Of a stretch of 64,000 nucleotides of DNA, positions 39,941 through 53,059 are shown in pieces. Origin of the DNA: Octopus sinensis (Eukaryota); NCBI RefSeq assembly GCF_006345805.1, contig NC_043009.1, positions 29,450,001-29,514,000 of the forward strand. Direction: 5' to 3'. The translations under genes and the position numbers were made by a program. Every line of letters starts with the position of its first letter. Position 1 is the stretch's first letter. The notes under the pieces were generated by a model. The model did no database searches. It saw only the letters and a list, made by a program, of their open reading frames with translations, and had not been told where the DNA came from.

Positions 39941-40805
39941 GTTTATCTCTTTGTCTGTCTTGTACAGTTGTATCTACACCTATCTTTACCTTCCTTTCTA
40001 GTTACCTCTCAGCTTGTTTATTCTCCACACTTTCTTTATCACTCCCATCATTATATTTTACGCATATGCCGTTTTATTGCCATAATAATATTCGCATTCT
40101 GTAATTCCTTTCACTGAGAATCCTATTTCTGGTAAACAGACTTTCTTTTGGACAGTTTGCTCCATACTTCGTGTATTTCTTTTAGCAATGTCGAATAAAC
40201 TGACTTTTACCGAAGCTGTTTCTTATTTCTTTAGAGGTCAGTTGTTGATAAAAGGGTTTCAGAATTATGTCTTGTTATTGTTGAAATATTATGTACGGCG
40301 TTTGGAAAATTCTTACTGTCAAGGCGCATACATATAAACGCTTATACACACACAACCATATCTATGGTTGTGTGTGTGTATACGAACATACACGTTATAC
40401 TACACGTACATACTCATTTTACTAACCAAGAAAGACTTTAGTCACTGAAAACACTAAAAAAAACAAAACACAAAACAAAATCATAATAATGCTATGTAGC
40501 AATCCATGAGAATAATAACTAATTCCTCATATATATATAGCTGAAGATCGCAATAGCGTGAAACTAGTTGCGAGAAAAGGAAATTTAGTTTAGATAAATA
40601 AGTGACTACGAAATGTATTGATTTTCTCTTCCCTTTCACCGATAAACTAGAACATTTCTATGTCTATATATGTGCATACACACCTATGTAAAGACGATAG
40701 TATGTTTATTTATTCATACGCAAATTTACGCGTTAAAGTAACGGTTCATATGTTTGAAGTATATATTTACGTGTAAAAATGTATTTATATCTAGGTATGT
40801 ACATA

Positions 40806-41193
40806 CAGTATAACCTCACATTACGAGTGCCCCATCGTACGAGTAATTTGCTGTACAAGCCGATACTCGTGCGAATTTTTGTCTTTGAAGTATGACCGGA
40901 AATCTGCAGTACGAGTACACAAATCGTCCCATCTTTAAAGATAATTCTGTTAATAAAACCAGTTTACTTATTTCTTTCGCATTCTCTTTTTCATAATTGT
41001 CATTTTACTTCTAACTATACCTTTTCTGTTTTAAAACCCACAAAATATTATTTTTGAGTGGTTTTGGGTAGCCAGAACGGATTAATTATATTTTTGTTAA
41101 TTTCTATGACAAAAATTGATTTCTGAAACGAGTTAATCGTAAGGCGAGCTCGATCAAAGAACGAATTAAACTCATTACTGCGAAGTATCACTA
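40806..41193. mobile_element. pogo/Tigger-like MITE
   Basis: TA-flanked imperfect TIRs: ta|cagtataacctcacattacgagt versus reverse complement ta|tagtgatacttcgcagtaatgagt; internal tacgag motifs; no ORF. Confidence 0.6.
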
Positions 41194-41437
41194 TATTTGA
41201 AAGAGTGTTTCATTTTTCAATAATTATCAATTAATTCAGTAATTTTCAGTGTCTGATCTATAAATCTAGGGTCTAAACATAAGCAATTCTTACGTTATTT
41301 CTGTAAACGCAATATGTTCGTAAGGTAAAGTACAAAATATACAATAAAATACAACAAAATTATAAATAAACTGTCAGAATATATATATATGCGTGTGTGA
41401 GTGTGTGTATATAAATATGCAAGTGCATATATGTATA

Positions 41438-41848
41438 TTCTTTTACTTATTTCAGTCATGTGACTGCGGCCATGCTGGAGCACCGCCTTTAGTCGAACAA
41501 GTCGACCCCAGAACTTATTCTTTCTAAGTCTAGTACTTTTTCTATCGATCTCTTTTGCCGAACCGCTAGTTTACAGGGATGTTAAACACACCAACATCGG
41601 TTGTCAAGTGATGGTGAGGGGAACACACGCAGACACACAAACACACACACACAGGCACATATATAGATAATTGTGGTGGTGTCATATAGAGACACTCAAA
41701 CACACACACACACATATATACGACGGGCTTCTTACAGTTTCCGTCTACCAAGTCCACTTTGGTCGACCCGAAACTATAGGAGAAGACCCTTGCCCAAGAT
41801 GCCACGCAGTGGGACTGAACGCAGAACCATGTAGTTGGGAAGCAAGCC
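41438..41848 (-). mobile_element. SINE family B, head slightly truncated
   Basis: Aligns to 15723-16142 and 55581-56006, including the internal CA/TA tract. Confidence 0.9.
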
Positions 41849-42803
41849 ATTCAAATATGAATATCATATATGAATCATATAGACATAGATGCTTCTTCAA
41901 CCACATTTGTTTGTTGTCTTCACTCTCCTTTTTAATCTCCATTCCCAAATCCAACTGCAGCAAAGAACTGCAGCTATTTCTTGGCGTGCAGGATGTGTTT
42001 AGCACTTTCTTTAATACCACCGGCTTATCAACGGGGATTTAAGTTAGCATAGTACCAAGGTATGATATGATATACGTTGACCATCTTTTCGTTATTTGTC
42101 TGAATCATCTTCCTCGCATCGTGAGAAAGATAGTGGTGGTAGAGGACGACTTAAAACACCCTTTTTGCCAGAAAGGGATAAGCGATTAACGAATGCTTTG
42201 AAACCTTTTCATAAAGTATAACAAAAAGCACACATGGTATGCTATGGAACATTTCAAGAATTCACTGAAGGGTAAAGCCACATAAAGAGGAGAATTGTGG
42301 CATGAAATATCAGCTTCAAATGAAGAAATAAAATACACTGTAATGATTATATTGAGTAATTTTTCTCCCATTTATAAAACCAAGCAGAAACAAATTAGTG
42401 TTTGAAGGTGTTTATGAATACCTGCATTTTAAATTAGCATCTAGAAACAGACTGGCTCGTGTGCAAATCTGTGAGTATGCAAATGGTCACTGATACACAG
42501 ACACACAGACACACACACAAATGTGTGCGTCTAAGTATAAGGAGTTAAAAAGTTACTCAATGGCTAAGAGTTTCATGCATGGTACTCATCAATCTGTACG
42601 AAGTTCTCGCCCAGCTCTTCAGTCCTTTGATATTTTCAGTCGATTAAAAACAATAAAGCATAAACATACATAGAAATGTACAGTTCTAATTATACTATTT
42701 GTTTTACCAAATATCTCTTCACATTTCGCCCCTCTCCCCTCTCCTTCTTTTCTGTATACACACGCGCGCGCACACAAACATATAACAGAATATAATATAC
42801 ATA

Positions 42804-42844
<41 letters not shown>

Positions 42845-42859
42845 TATATATACACAAAT

Positions 42860-42903
<44 letters not shown>

Positions 42904-43208
42904 TGTGTGTGTGTGTGTGTGTGTGTGTATATACATGAATGAGTGACGGTGTGTATCATTGAGATAGTGATTTTGTGTCTCGAGCTGTTGTCATTTTCTC
43001 ATTGAACCATTTCCAAATGTCATAACCTCTCTTTCTAACTAGAATTTGCAAAACAGTCTAGTCTTCATTATTTATCAAGATGTTCCAAACATCGTGGAGA
43101 AATATTAATCAAGTCAACTAATTCTTTCATACTTAAGATTTTCACAGTTACTTCAAATAACTGTGAAAGCAATTAATTCTCACTCGCATAGTAGCATTAA
43201 CATACACT

Positions 43209-43266
<58 letters not shown>

Positions 43267-44317
43267 GATATAGATAGATATATATATATGTATACATATG
43301 CGTATATATATATGCACACATACGTATATACATATAAATATACATACATTTCTACACACTTGTATATAAATGTATACATATATTCATGATTGTATGTGTA
43401 TGTGTGTGTATACATGTGTGTGTATGCATCTAAACCTACATATGCAAATAAACATTTTCTCCCTTTCCATCTCCCCCCGTCTCTTGTATTTAAATTACTG
43501 CCAAATGTCTCACCAATTATGAACTAAGTAGATACTAACTTGTAATATTTGAAAAGCTTTTGAGGACTCATTTCCTAATTAAGACCACTGTACTATGGTT
43601 GGGAAGTTTTGAAAATATTTCTATGGCTTATAAATTACTTGTGTCTAAGACTCCACCTGTACATCGACAAAGTTCTAAAAGCCGGCAGTCATTTTTGCCT
43701 CAGGCTGGAAATTTGTAAGTTCGACTTAAACTTTTGTTCTTTTAAGTGTTACCATTATAGGTATTCATACACAAATGAAATTAAGAAATCAACTCATAAA
43801 TAAACGAAACCCTCGACTCCATTACTGTACACGCGCACTCACTGTACGCGCGCGCACACCACACACACACGCACGCACGGACATACACAGTCGCATATCT
43901 ATGTATGTATTTATGTATGTTTAAAGATAATCAAACCAAATTTTCATCACTTCGAGTCACTCACCCAAAGAGTATTTCTGCCATATTCCAGTAATTTTGC
44001 AAGCACACAGACAGACAACTTACAGCATCTTGCTTTCGCTTATGCACGCAAGGTAAAAATTAAAAGAGACTTAGTTTCTTTACACTAATGTACCGTCTGC
44101 ATATCAAGTAAAAGTTAAGTTTTTAACAATGAATCCCGAATTATTCATTTTCTTTGCTCAAAACCGGCCAACAATTCGGACTTTGATTACAGAATGTTAG
44201 TTCCTGAGATAAGGCATTTTCTTCAACGCTCTACCAAATTTATCAAATCTAAGGCTATGAATTTTAAGAAGTGTTTATAATGAATTATGTCAAGACTTGG
44301 TCGTGGTTAGTACTTAC

Positions 44318-44449
44318 TTTAACCACTTGAAGAAAAAAATAAAAACAACTCGGCAGGAAAAGAAGACGATGGTGATGAAAGTAACAATAAATCACGTGAA
44401 GATGATGCTTCAACCGATTCTTTGTATTCCTCGACAGTAACGTGACAGT
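44318..44449 (-). CDS. Candidate 132-nt exon, strand ambiguous
   Basis: Minus: tgtgtttttgtgctcgcag acceptor, aaa|gtaagt donor, open in phase 0. The plus strand instead encodes acidic PLEEKNKNNSAGKEDDGDESNNKSREDDASTDSLYSSTVT*. Confidence 0.25.
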
Positions 44450-44760
44450 CTGCGAGCACAAAAACACAGTCAAGTTTAGACATGTCATTTTCCAAAATGA
44501 ATTAATTCAAACAGAACATACGTGCGCACGCACACAATCACACGCACACACCAACACACACTTACACGCTCACAATGGTATTTCTTATTTAAGTCACAGC
44601 TACCCATTTTTAAGCTTCTGCGATGAACTTATTTTAAAATATAAGTTCTTAATAATGTGTGTAAAATAGAAATTTTGGTAAAAATACGTCTTTGCAAAAA
44701 TATTTAGTTCACGTCCTTCAAAAGTAGAAACCAAGAATCGAAGAAATTTGTATATATATG

Positions 44761-44831
<71 letters not shown>

Positions 44832-45290
44832 TATGTATGTATGTATGTATATAAAATGTGTTGAGATTGTTAATTAGTCGTATTGTTCCTTTTTGGCAAC
44901 AAATCGCATTTCCTCACATATACAAGCGCACATGCGCACAAACACACACACGCGCGTGCACACACGTTTTATACCCGCCAGAACAGTGAAACAACATAAC
45001 ATCAAAAAATCATTTTGAAGTTTCCTAATATGTTTTCAAATAACTCCTTCATTTTCCTTCTTTCAGTCTGTCTCCCCTTTTAGTGACATAACAAAGCAAA
45101 ATGAAATCACACACACATACACACACACATATATATACATACTTACTGATGTGCCGCAACATACACGTACATGTCAATATACGTCAATCTAGATGTTACA
45201 TATTCAATAAATCTGTCAATTTTTCAAATATAAAAATACTTCAAATATATAAGAAATATTTTCATTTTGTTGGAAATATATTGTTTTATT

Positions 45291-45524
45291 CTTTTATTTG
45301 TTTCAGTCATTTGGCTACGGCCATGCAGGAGCACCGCACTAAAGATTTTTAGTCGAACAAATCGACTCCATGACTTTTATTTTGAAGCCTAGTTAGTACT
45401 TACTCTATCGGTGTCTTTTGGCGAACCGCTATATTAAGGGGTCGTAGACACACCAACACTGGTTGTCAAGCGTTGATGGGGGACAAAAACAGCTACAAAG
45501 ACACACACACACAACACACACACA

Positions 45525-45540
<16 letters not shown>
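45291..45540 (-). mobile_element. SINE family B, 3' half ending at its internal microsatellite
   Basis: tttcagtcatttggctacggccatgcaggagcaccgc...gaaccgct...ggttgtcaagcg. Confidence 0.85.
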
Positions 45541-45587
<47 letters not shown>

Positions 45588-45590
45588 ATA

Positions 45591-46709
45591 TTAAGTTGTC
45601 CGAGAAGTTCTGAGCGGTTTTTAACATATAAAATGGGATATAAATAACTGACGTCTTCATAAATTTTCTTCAATGAAATAATTTCCATTATTATTTGGTT
45701 TCTGTAGAGACCAACACAAGTGGTAGTCGGATGGCGCAATATTAAGAGTATATGATGGATGGGGTAAGAGATTCCATCCAAGTTCATGTAACTACCCCTT
45801 TGCTGTTAGCAATTCCGGCCTCAATTCGTTGACATTTTTAGTTCAAATTAGCTAGCTGACGACAGTACACATCAGAATGAATGGTTTGGGTTTGAGGGGG
45901 AAGCTCATAATAAATAATGCTTTCATGATTCCACCAAACACAAAGCATAGTTTTTTTGGTATTGATATTCGTCTTCGGTTGCTGTTTGCGGGGATCCTCA
46001 TGAAAACTCCAGGAACTTTTTTGCCCTACGTTTTCGTACACAATCCATTTTCCATCTCCAATCATAAGTTGTTTAAAAAAAAACTTGCTTTCATTCCGTT
46101 CCAGAAGCGCATCACAAACGGAATACTCGTTCAAGCAATTCTTTTCTGAGAGTTTGTGAGGGATCCATACATTATAGCGAGAAATGTATCTTAGCTTCAC
46201 TAGGTGTTCATGAGTCGTACTTTTAAAAACTTCCAGCTGCTCAGCAAGTTCTCTAGTCGGGGTTCTTTGAGTTTTCTTCGATTTCTGCCTTCAAAACATC
46301 TTCATCCAATTTTGAAGGTCTTCGTCTGCAACTGTCATCTTCCAAGCTAAACTCTTCAGCTTTAAATTTTGCAAACTACCTTCGAACTGATGATTCTGCT
46401 ACAACATCATCACCATAAACTTCACAAATGTTTTTGCAAGTCTTTGCAACATTTTCTGCTCATTAAAAAAAAACAAAAAAAAAAATAACAAGTATTACAA
46501 CGCGAATATGAAATGTTTGATTATCCATTTCAAATGTCAATAAAGGGTAATCGGAATGAGAGATAAATCTATTTTTAGTCAGCAACGAAGAAGAGATGCA
46601 CGACCACTTCAAGGAATGCCAAAGTTTTAACTGTGTTACGTTTCAGGTGTGTTCAATGAAGCGTTAAAAGATTTGACTTAAAAACGCTCAGAACTTACCG
46701 AACAACCTA
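45591..46709 (-). mobile_element. Mariner transposon with both TIRs (mellifera-like), internally deleted pseudogene
   Basis: TIRs ttaagttgtccgagaagttctgagcggttttt / reverse complement ttaggttgttcggtaagttctgagcgttttt, TA flanks. ATG at 46528 (MDNQTFHIR); WIPHKL, IGDGKW, KKTMLCVWW and LPHPSY..APSDYHL motifs; the HDNARPH segment is missing. Confidence 0.9.
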
Positions 46710-46995
46710 ATATATATATATATATATATTTATCTATTTCAACATATTTATGTGGGCTGGAGTGATATGTTAATAAAGGAAATTTTTACAGTGATTTTGA
46801 AATTTCAGCGATTCCTTTTTGTGTGTGTTGGGTGGGGACCAAGAAAGAGTTACTCATAGGTAATGATATGCTGATTGCTTTGGTGGTGAGCGTCTTGTGT
46901 TTGGTGGTACATTAAGAGTTAGGTTTCCTGTACTAGTACGTTGGAAGCATTGTTTAAATAAGAAATTATTTCAGTTATTTTAAGACGATGATATA

Positions 46996-48265
46996 CGAGG
47001 GGCGTTCAATAAGTAATGCCCCTGACCCACTTCCCATAGCAGTAGAGCAACGAAACTTGGCACAGTTATTAGTCTTTTTCTACATAGGAACCACCCAGAG
47101 TTACGCATTTCTCCCATTGCTTGATGCAGCTCTGGAGACCGTTTTTGTAGAAAACCCCAGCTTGGTCCTCCAACCTGAATGTGACTTCAGAAATCAAGGC
47201 TGCATCACCTGGGAAACGCTTTCCTTTCAAAAACAACTGGGAAGAGGTGAAAATCAGAGGGTGCAAGGTCAGGAAAGTAGGGGAATGGGGGAGGAGTTCA
47301 TAGCCATACACCTGTGCTTCTGATCTGGTGACAAGCGAGTTGTGGACCGGAGCGTTGTCCTGCAGGAGGAGGATGCCTTTGCTGATCTTGCCCGGCCTCT
47401 TGATACTGATAACTTCTCTTAATTTCCTCAAAAGTGAAGCATAATAGGCTCCTGCAATTGTGGTACCCTTTGCCAGGAAATCTGTCATCACTACTCCGTC
47501 CTGGTCCCAGAAGACTGTGAGCATGACCTTGCCAGACGAGGGCTGCACCCTTGCCTTCTTTGGAGGGGGTGAGTCACGGTGTTTCCACTGCATTGACTGG
47601 GCTTTGGTCTCTGGATCATCGTGATGGACCCAGGTTTCATCCTGTGTAATCAGTCTTTTGAAAAATTTTGACTCATCTTCTTGGCACATCTCCAAATTCA
47701 CCCTCGAGCACTCGACGCGTTCTTGCTTCTGGAAAGGCGTGAGCAACTTGGGAATCCATCTGGCAGACATCTTTTGCATATGCAAATGATCATGAATGAT
47801 AGTTTCCACAGACCCGGTACTAATCTTGACCTCATGGGCTATTTGGCGAATAATTATGCGTCGATCTTCCAAAATGGCAGCCTCAACTTGACGGACAGAT
47901 GCCTCATCAATGGCAGAAGGGACGATCAGATCTGGGAGCTGTTTCCACAGAGTTCCGACCATGTTTGAATTCACGATGCCAGCGTTTTACAAGGTCATAT
48001 GATGGGGCATGATCACCATAAGTTACTTTCATTTCATCAAAAGTCTCCCGTGGTGTGCGTCCTTTCAAATACAAAAACCGGATCACTGCTCGACACTCAT
48101 CAGGCTCCATTTCACACTTGACTCGGTTCAAACACCTGTAAATCAGAAACCACAATTAATTCAGAGCTGTAATTTGCCACTTACTCTATAGAGATATAAA
48201 TGATTGCACAGCTTGATCAAACAACTGCAAGTGGGTCAGAGGCATTGCTTATTGAACGTCCCTCG
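46996..48265 (-). mobile_element. Full-length mariner transposon (irritans/Himar1-like, D,D34D), 1270 bp
   Basis: 36-bp TIRs at 46996-47031 and 48230-48265 (33/36 identical); TA at 46994-46995 and 48266-48267. Confidence 0.95.
47069..48110 (-). pseudogene. Mariner transposase, frameshifted
   Basis: MEPDECRAVIRFLYLKG...RSDRP / ...WIPKLL...ITQDETW...QDNAPVH...HSP. Frameshift near 47910; paired deletions near 47240-47285 put YFPDLAPSDFHLFP out of frame. Confidence 0.92.
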
Positions 48266-48686
48266 TATTAAACGGAGTCTTCTGAATATGTTGGTTCCTA
48301 CAACATTCTTCAAAATTCTTACATCAAAGCGACGCTTCCCAATTTTATCGAAGTAACTAAAACCGACAACGCAAATTTTTTTTTTATCCTGGGTTTGAAA
48401 GGGAATCCTTACAAATAATTTTTTTGTATAGTATTTATGCTTAACAGAGACGCAATTATCAACATGTTTTTTAATGCACTTATATTTTTTTCATATATTC
48501 GCATATGTTTGTAAGCCCTCACAAAAAAGTGTTTAGAAGCTGCAAAAATTGCCTTAGGTAGTGTAAATGAAATTTTCATTGCACAACATATTTTCTCTGC
48601 AAAACATGAGAAAAAATCTAGAAAGGAAGCCAAATATGTAACATTAAGCTGTCTAGGTATCCAATCTCATATGTATATGTGTGTAT

Positions 48687-48746
<60 letters not shown>

Positions 48747-48819
48747 GATATGTATATATATGCATATGGATATATATATTATATATATATATATATATAT
48801 AAATAATTATATACATTTA

Positions 48820-48860
<41 letters not shown>

Positions 48861-49520
48861 TATATATATATATTATATATATATATATATACACATATAT
48901 TTTATACTGTAAGTACGTATGATATAGTGGCTGCCATAGAAATTTCGAGTATAACAACATTTTGTATTTAACATTCAATTATATTTTGGAATTCGAAATG
49001 TTTTAGAATTAAAGTAGTTTTTCTGAATTGCACAAGCTGCATCTCTTTTTTCCATGTATGTAATGTTCGCTTGTAAAATTTAAATGCCTTATCCTTGAAT
49101 CAATCGATAGAGTTGGGTAATTATATTGGTAGATTTTCTTTTCTATTAAATATTTTTCTTAATTCTCTCTCACTTTCCCATATGGCCTTTAACCTTACAA
49201 AACTTAGTTATTGCTTATTCTAAATTCCAAACATTTTGAATAGGCCGCAAGCGCAGAGCAAAGGCAACATTAATATAGCCATGACATGAGAAGTGAAAGT
49301 CTGGTCTCACGAAAAATCTGGCGACGAAGACTAGAAGGTAAACTGAGAGAACAGCATCAAGCTCGGACTTGGTAAGAAAAATTGCCAACGCCGATTTTTC
49401 AAACACCGACATTCAATCAAATCCTGATTACCTTATAAGAAAAAGGGTTAATAATAATGAATTCAAGTTTGAGTGTTAGTGGAAATGCTATTTCAAAATG
49501 TCCACCGAGTAGTGGCAGCA

Positions 49521-49521
49521 C

Positions 49522-49602
<81 letters not shown>
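49521..49602. repeat. (CAG)n then (TAG)n microsatellite
   Basis: Direct. Confidence 0.95.
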
Positions 49603-49604
<2 letters not shown>

Positions 49605-49670
49605 TGGGGTTATGCAGGGCAACAGCACGGTGCTGCATCCACTATTTGTTAGTGATTCCCTTCTACTTCT

Positions 49671-49903
49671 TATTTCTTTATTGCCCACTAGGGGCTAAAC
49701 ATAGAGGGGACAAACAAGGACAGACAAACGGATTAAGTCGATTAGATCGACCCTAGTGCGTAACTGGTACTTAATTTATCGATCCCGAAAGGATGAAAGG
49801 CAAAGTCGACCTCGGCGGAATTTGAACTCAGAACGTAACGGCAGACGAAATACCGCTAAGCATTTCGCCCGGCGTGCTAAGGTTTCTGACAGCTCGCCGC
49901 CTT
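49671..49903 (-). mobile_element. SINE family A, full length, tail type 1, with TSD
   Basis: ccttctacttct at 49659-49670 and 49900-49911 (partly overlapping the element end); little decay, so probably a young copy. Confidence 0.92.
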
Positions 49904-49911
49904 CTACTTCT

Positions 49912-50190
49912 AGCAGACGACGTCTTTACACCAGTCAGGAGACCACCCTCCAACTCGTGGGTTCCATTTTGGTGAGGGTTTAACGAGGTCGGAGTGTAAA
50001 TCCTATGTCAAACATTTTTCGTCGCCTTTTACGATACGCAGAGGAAATATTGGGCGTATTCTTTGGCATGGCGGACTTCACAGAATACTACAGGCTCAAA
50101 GGCACAATGCACCACCCGGATTCAGGAATCGAACTCACGATCTAGCGTTCGTGAATGCAACACCCTAACCACTAACCTACACGCCTTCAC
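49912..50190 (-). mobile_element. SINE with family C-like head and a different 3' body
   Basis: Minus strand gtgaaggcgtgtaggttagtggttagggtgttgc...gtgagttcgattcctgaatccggg...gtgcctttgagc; the downstream part is unlike 17146-17330. Confidence 0.7.
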
Positions 50191-50551
50191 ATCTAAGAAG
50201 GATATAACTAATTTCTGAAAACATATTTATGTAAAGTTTCGTTAGACAATCGGACAAACCAACTTTTAAAGTATTTAAATTCTGTGAGCAAGCTGCATCT
50301 GGGTGGACTGTGCCTTTTATCTTTCTGGGGATGACAAATCAATGACGATTACTGTGGTTGATAAAAAACAGTATCACCCACTCTATGATAGAGATCTATA
50401 TGATAGAGAACTTTTTCACGAGACTGAAAGTGGTTTTAGTTTTCGTCTTCAAATTTCAATTTGCAAATGTATGCGCTTGTGAGTATGTATTCAGGTATTA
50501 CCATTTCATGAGCTATAATATACATACGTATGAGCACATATATATATATAC

Positions 50552-50584
<33 letters not shown>

Positions 50585-50614
50585 CATACATACATACATA
50601 CATACATACATACA

Positions 50615-50874
50615 TTATGGCTGCCCCCTCGTTATCGAGTATGGCCATTGCACGAAGCTTAACTGTTACTGGTGCTGTGATCGATTGTAACTTTTTAGCC
50701 TAGCTAAAGATCTACAATGTCTTGTACAGAATTAGCAACTAATACCTTTAACGGTAATAGCCGGCTGTAGTTGTAACTGGGCTTCATGTACCTTGGCATG
50801 TCGTTTAAGTCCTCCTGCCGAATTAACTCTCTTCCACATGTCCGACAGATATGATTAGCATGGTGTGTTACACC
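50615..50874 (-). mobile_element. RTE (BovB-like) LINE 3' end with two zinc-finger remnants, between (CATA)n tracts
   Basis: HICRTCGRELIRQ/GLKRHAKVH and C*FCTRHCRSLARLKSY; ends ggccatactcgataacgagggggcagccataa followed by (TGTA)n. Confidence 0.65.
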
Positions 50875-50890
50875 ATACATACATACATAC

Positions 50891-50921
<31 letters not shown>

Positions 50922-51572
50922 CATACTTGGCTTCTCAAAACCAAATAGGAGAAAGCTAATTCGAAGACTACAGATCCAATCTATCACTGGAACTGTAAAA
51001 ATCTATAAAACTTCCCAGAAGTTTAGCATTTAAACATATACGAGTATGTCAAGATATGCAACTATATGCATGAGAATACATAGATAAAGCAAAACTCTGT
51101 TGTTGATGCTGAAATTCCAATAAAGGAGCGTTGAATCTAGGTTAGAAACCGGCCCTCTCTCTATGGCATGAAATATTGAAACAAAACTGAAAGGTGACTT
51201 ACAAACATATATGTGTCTACATGTTTGTATGTCGGTCTATATATGCATATATACATATATACATACATTATGTATATGCTTATATCTATATATATGTGTG
51301 TGTGTGTGCGTGTTTGTATGATTGCATATATCTGTTCATAGTTTCTAGAAGTGTTTTTGAATAAATTACTCAATTATATTTTTTATCCTCATTAAAATGT
51401 TTTTCTTACATTCGTTGGAATTTTAAGATGGCCACTTTTAAAAATAAATTCATAAACACACATATATGTCAATCTCCACGTACACACACACACACACAGA
51501 CATTAACACATACACACACAGACATTAACACATACATATTTGCATTTGTACTCTACATACGTAAACTCAGGC

Positions 51573-51612
<40 letters not shown>

Positions 51613-52417
51613 CAAACATACCATGAACATTCATATATATAAGTATATATATATATATAAGCATACATAAATATATATATATATATACACATATGTATAT
51701 GTATATTCATATACAAATACACACATATATGTTTAAGTATATTTGGACAATCATACACCCCTATATAAGGACGTTCACGTACAAACATATACATATTCAC
51801 GTTTATACTCAGTCAATTATGTATGTTAATACATAAACACACAATAAACATATGTGATGAACAAACATGATAGGACTGCAAATTAGCAAATGATAAAACA
51901 AAAGACAGAAACTACGACGATGATGAAGACGAGGATTATTATTATGCTGGTGATGTTGATGATGACGAAGAATTATTCAGAAGTTGTGAAATTGCTTTAT
52001 ATTCATTAGTATATAAAGTATTTTAAGTATGTGATGATTAAGCTGGTACAGGGGTGTGAGGGTACGGAAACGAAAATTTCACATCACCTGTCACTGGAAA
52101 TAATGAATAAGTAAAAGTAAAGAACTTGAATTATAAATAATTCGAGAGAGAAGTACTCAAGGTAACGTCTAGCATCTCATGTAATATATGGAGCATGGGA
52201 CTCGTGGTAGGTGAAGAGGCCGCGTGAAGCAACGACTTCCACACATATTTCACATGTATGTATATGCGTATACATATTATATATATACATACTTATATAC
52301 GAATATATGTATATGTGCGTGTGTGTGTGCATATATATATGCATATATATATATATGTGTGTGTGTATATATATATATGTATATATATATATAAATATAT
52401 CTATCTATCTATCTATC

Positions 52418-52452
<35 letters not shown>

Positions 52453-52456
52453 CGAG

Positions 52457-52496
<40 letters not shown>

Positions 52497-52995
52497 TGGT
52501 CTTCGTACGTATTTATGTACACATACACATACACGAAGGTATATTTAGAAATAATGAGAGAGAAATAGATTGGAAAAGATTTGAATTGACGGAAGTAGAC
52601 ATACATATAAATATTTGCTTTATATATTACTATATACAGTATGTTATTGTATATTATATAAGTCATATAGCGAGATAACTCAATTCACATGCAGAGTACA
52701 ACGTGTGTATATATTGTGTAGAGGACATGCAAAGGTGTACAATTTAATATTTTTTCATGTGAGAATTAGGTCTTAATATGGCCTAGGTGCATCACAACAA
52801 ACTACATACAGCAATCTTCAGGCCTGAAGATCGTTATAAATAGCTGAATATGAAACAACTAGCAGCACGTAAGATTTTACTATTTACATGAAACCCATAG
52901 TTTCATGTAATGAAATAATAGAAACTATAGTAGTACCATGGTCTAAAAAGTACATACACCCATGTATTCACATAAACATGTTTCTACATATGCAC

Positions 52996-53059
<64 letters not shown>

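Noticed and set aside
44024-44096. Minus-strand segment with gatatgcag acceptor and gtaagt donor
   Set aside because: Stops in all three frames; shows that good splice pairs arise by chance here.
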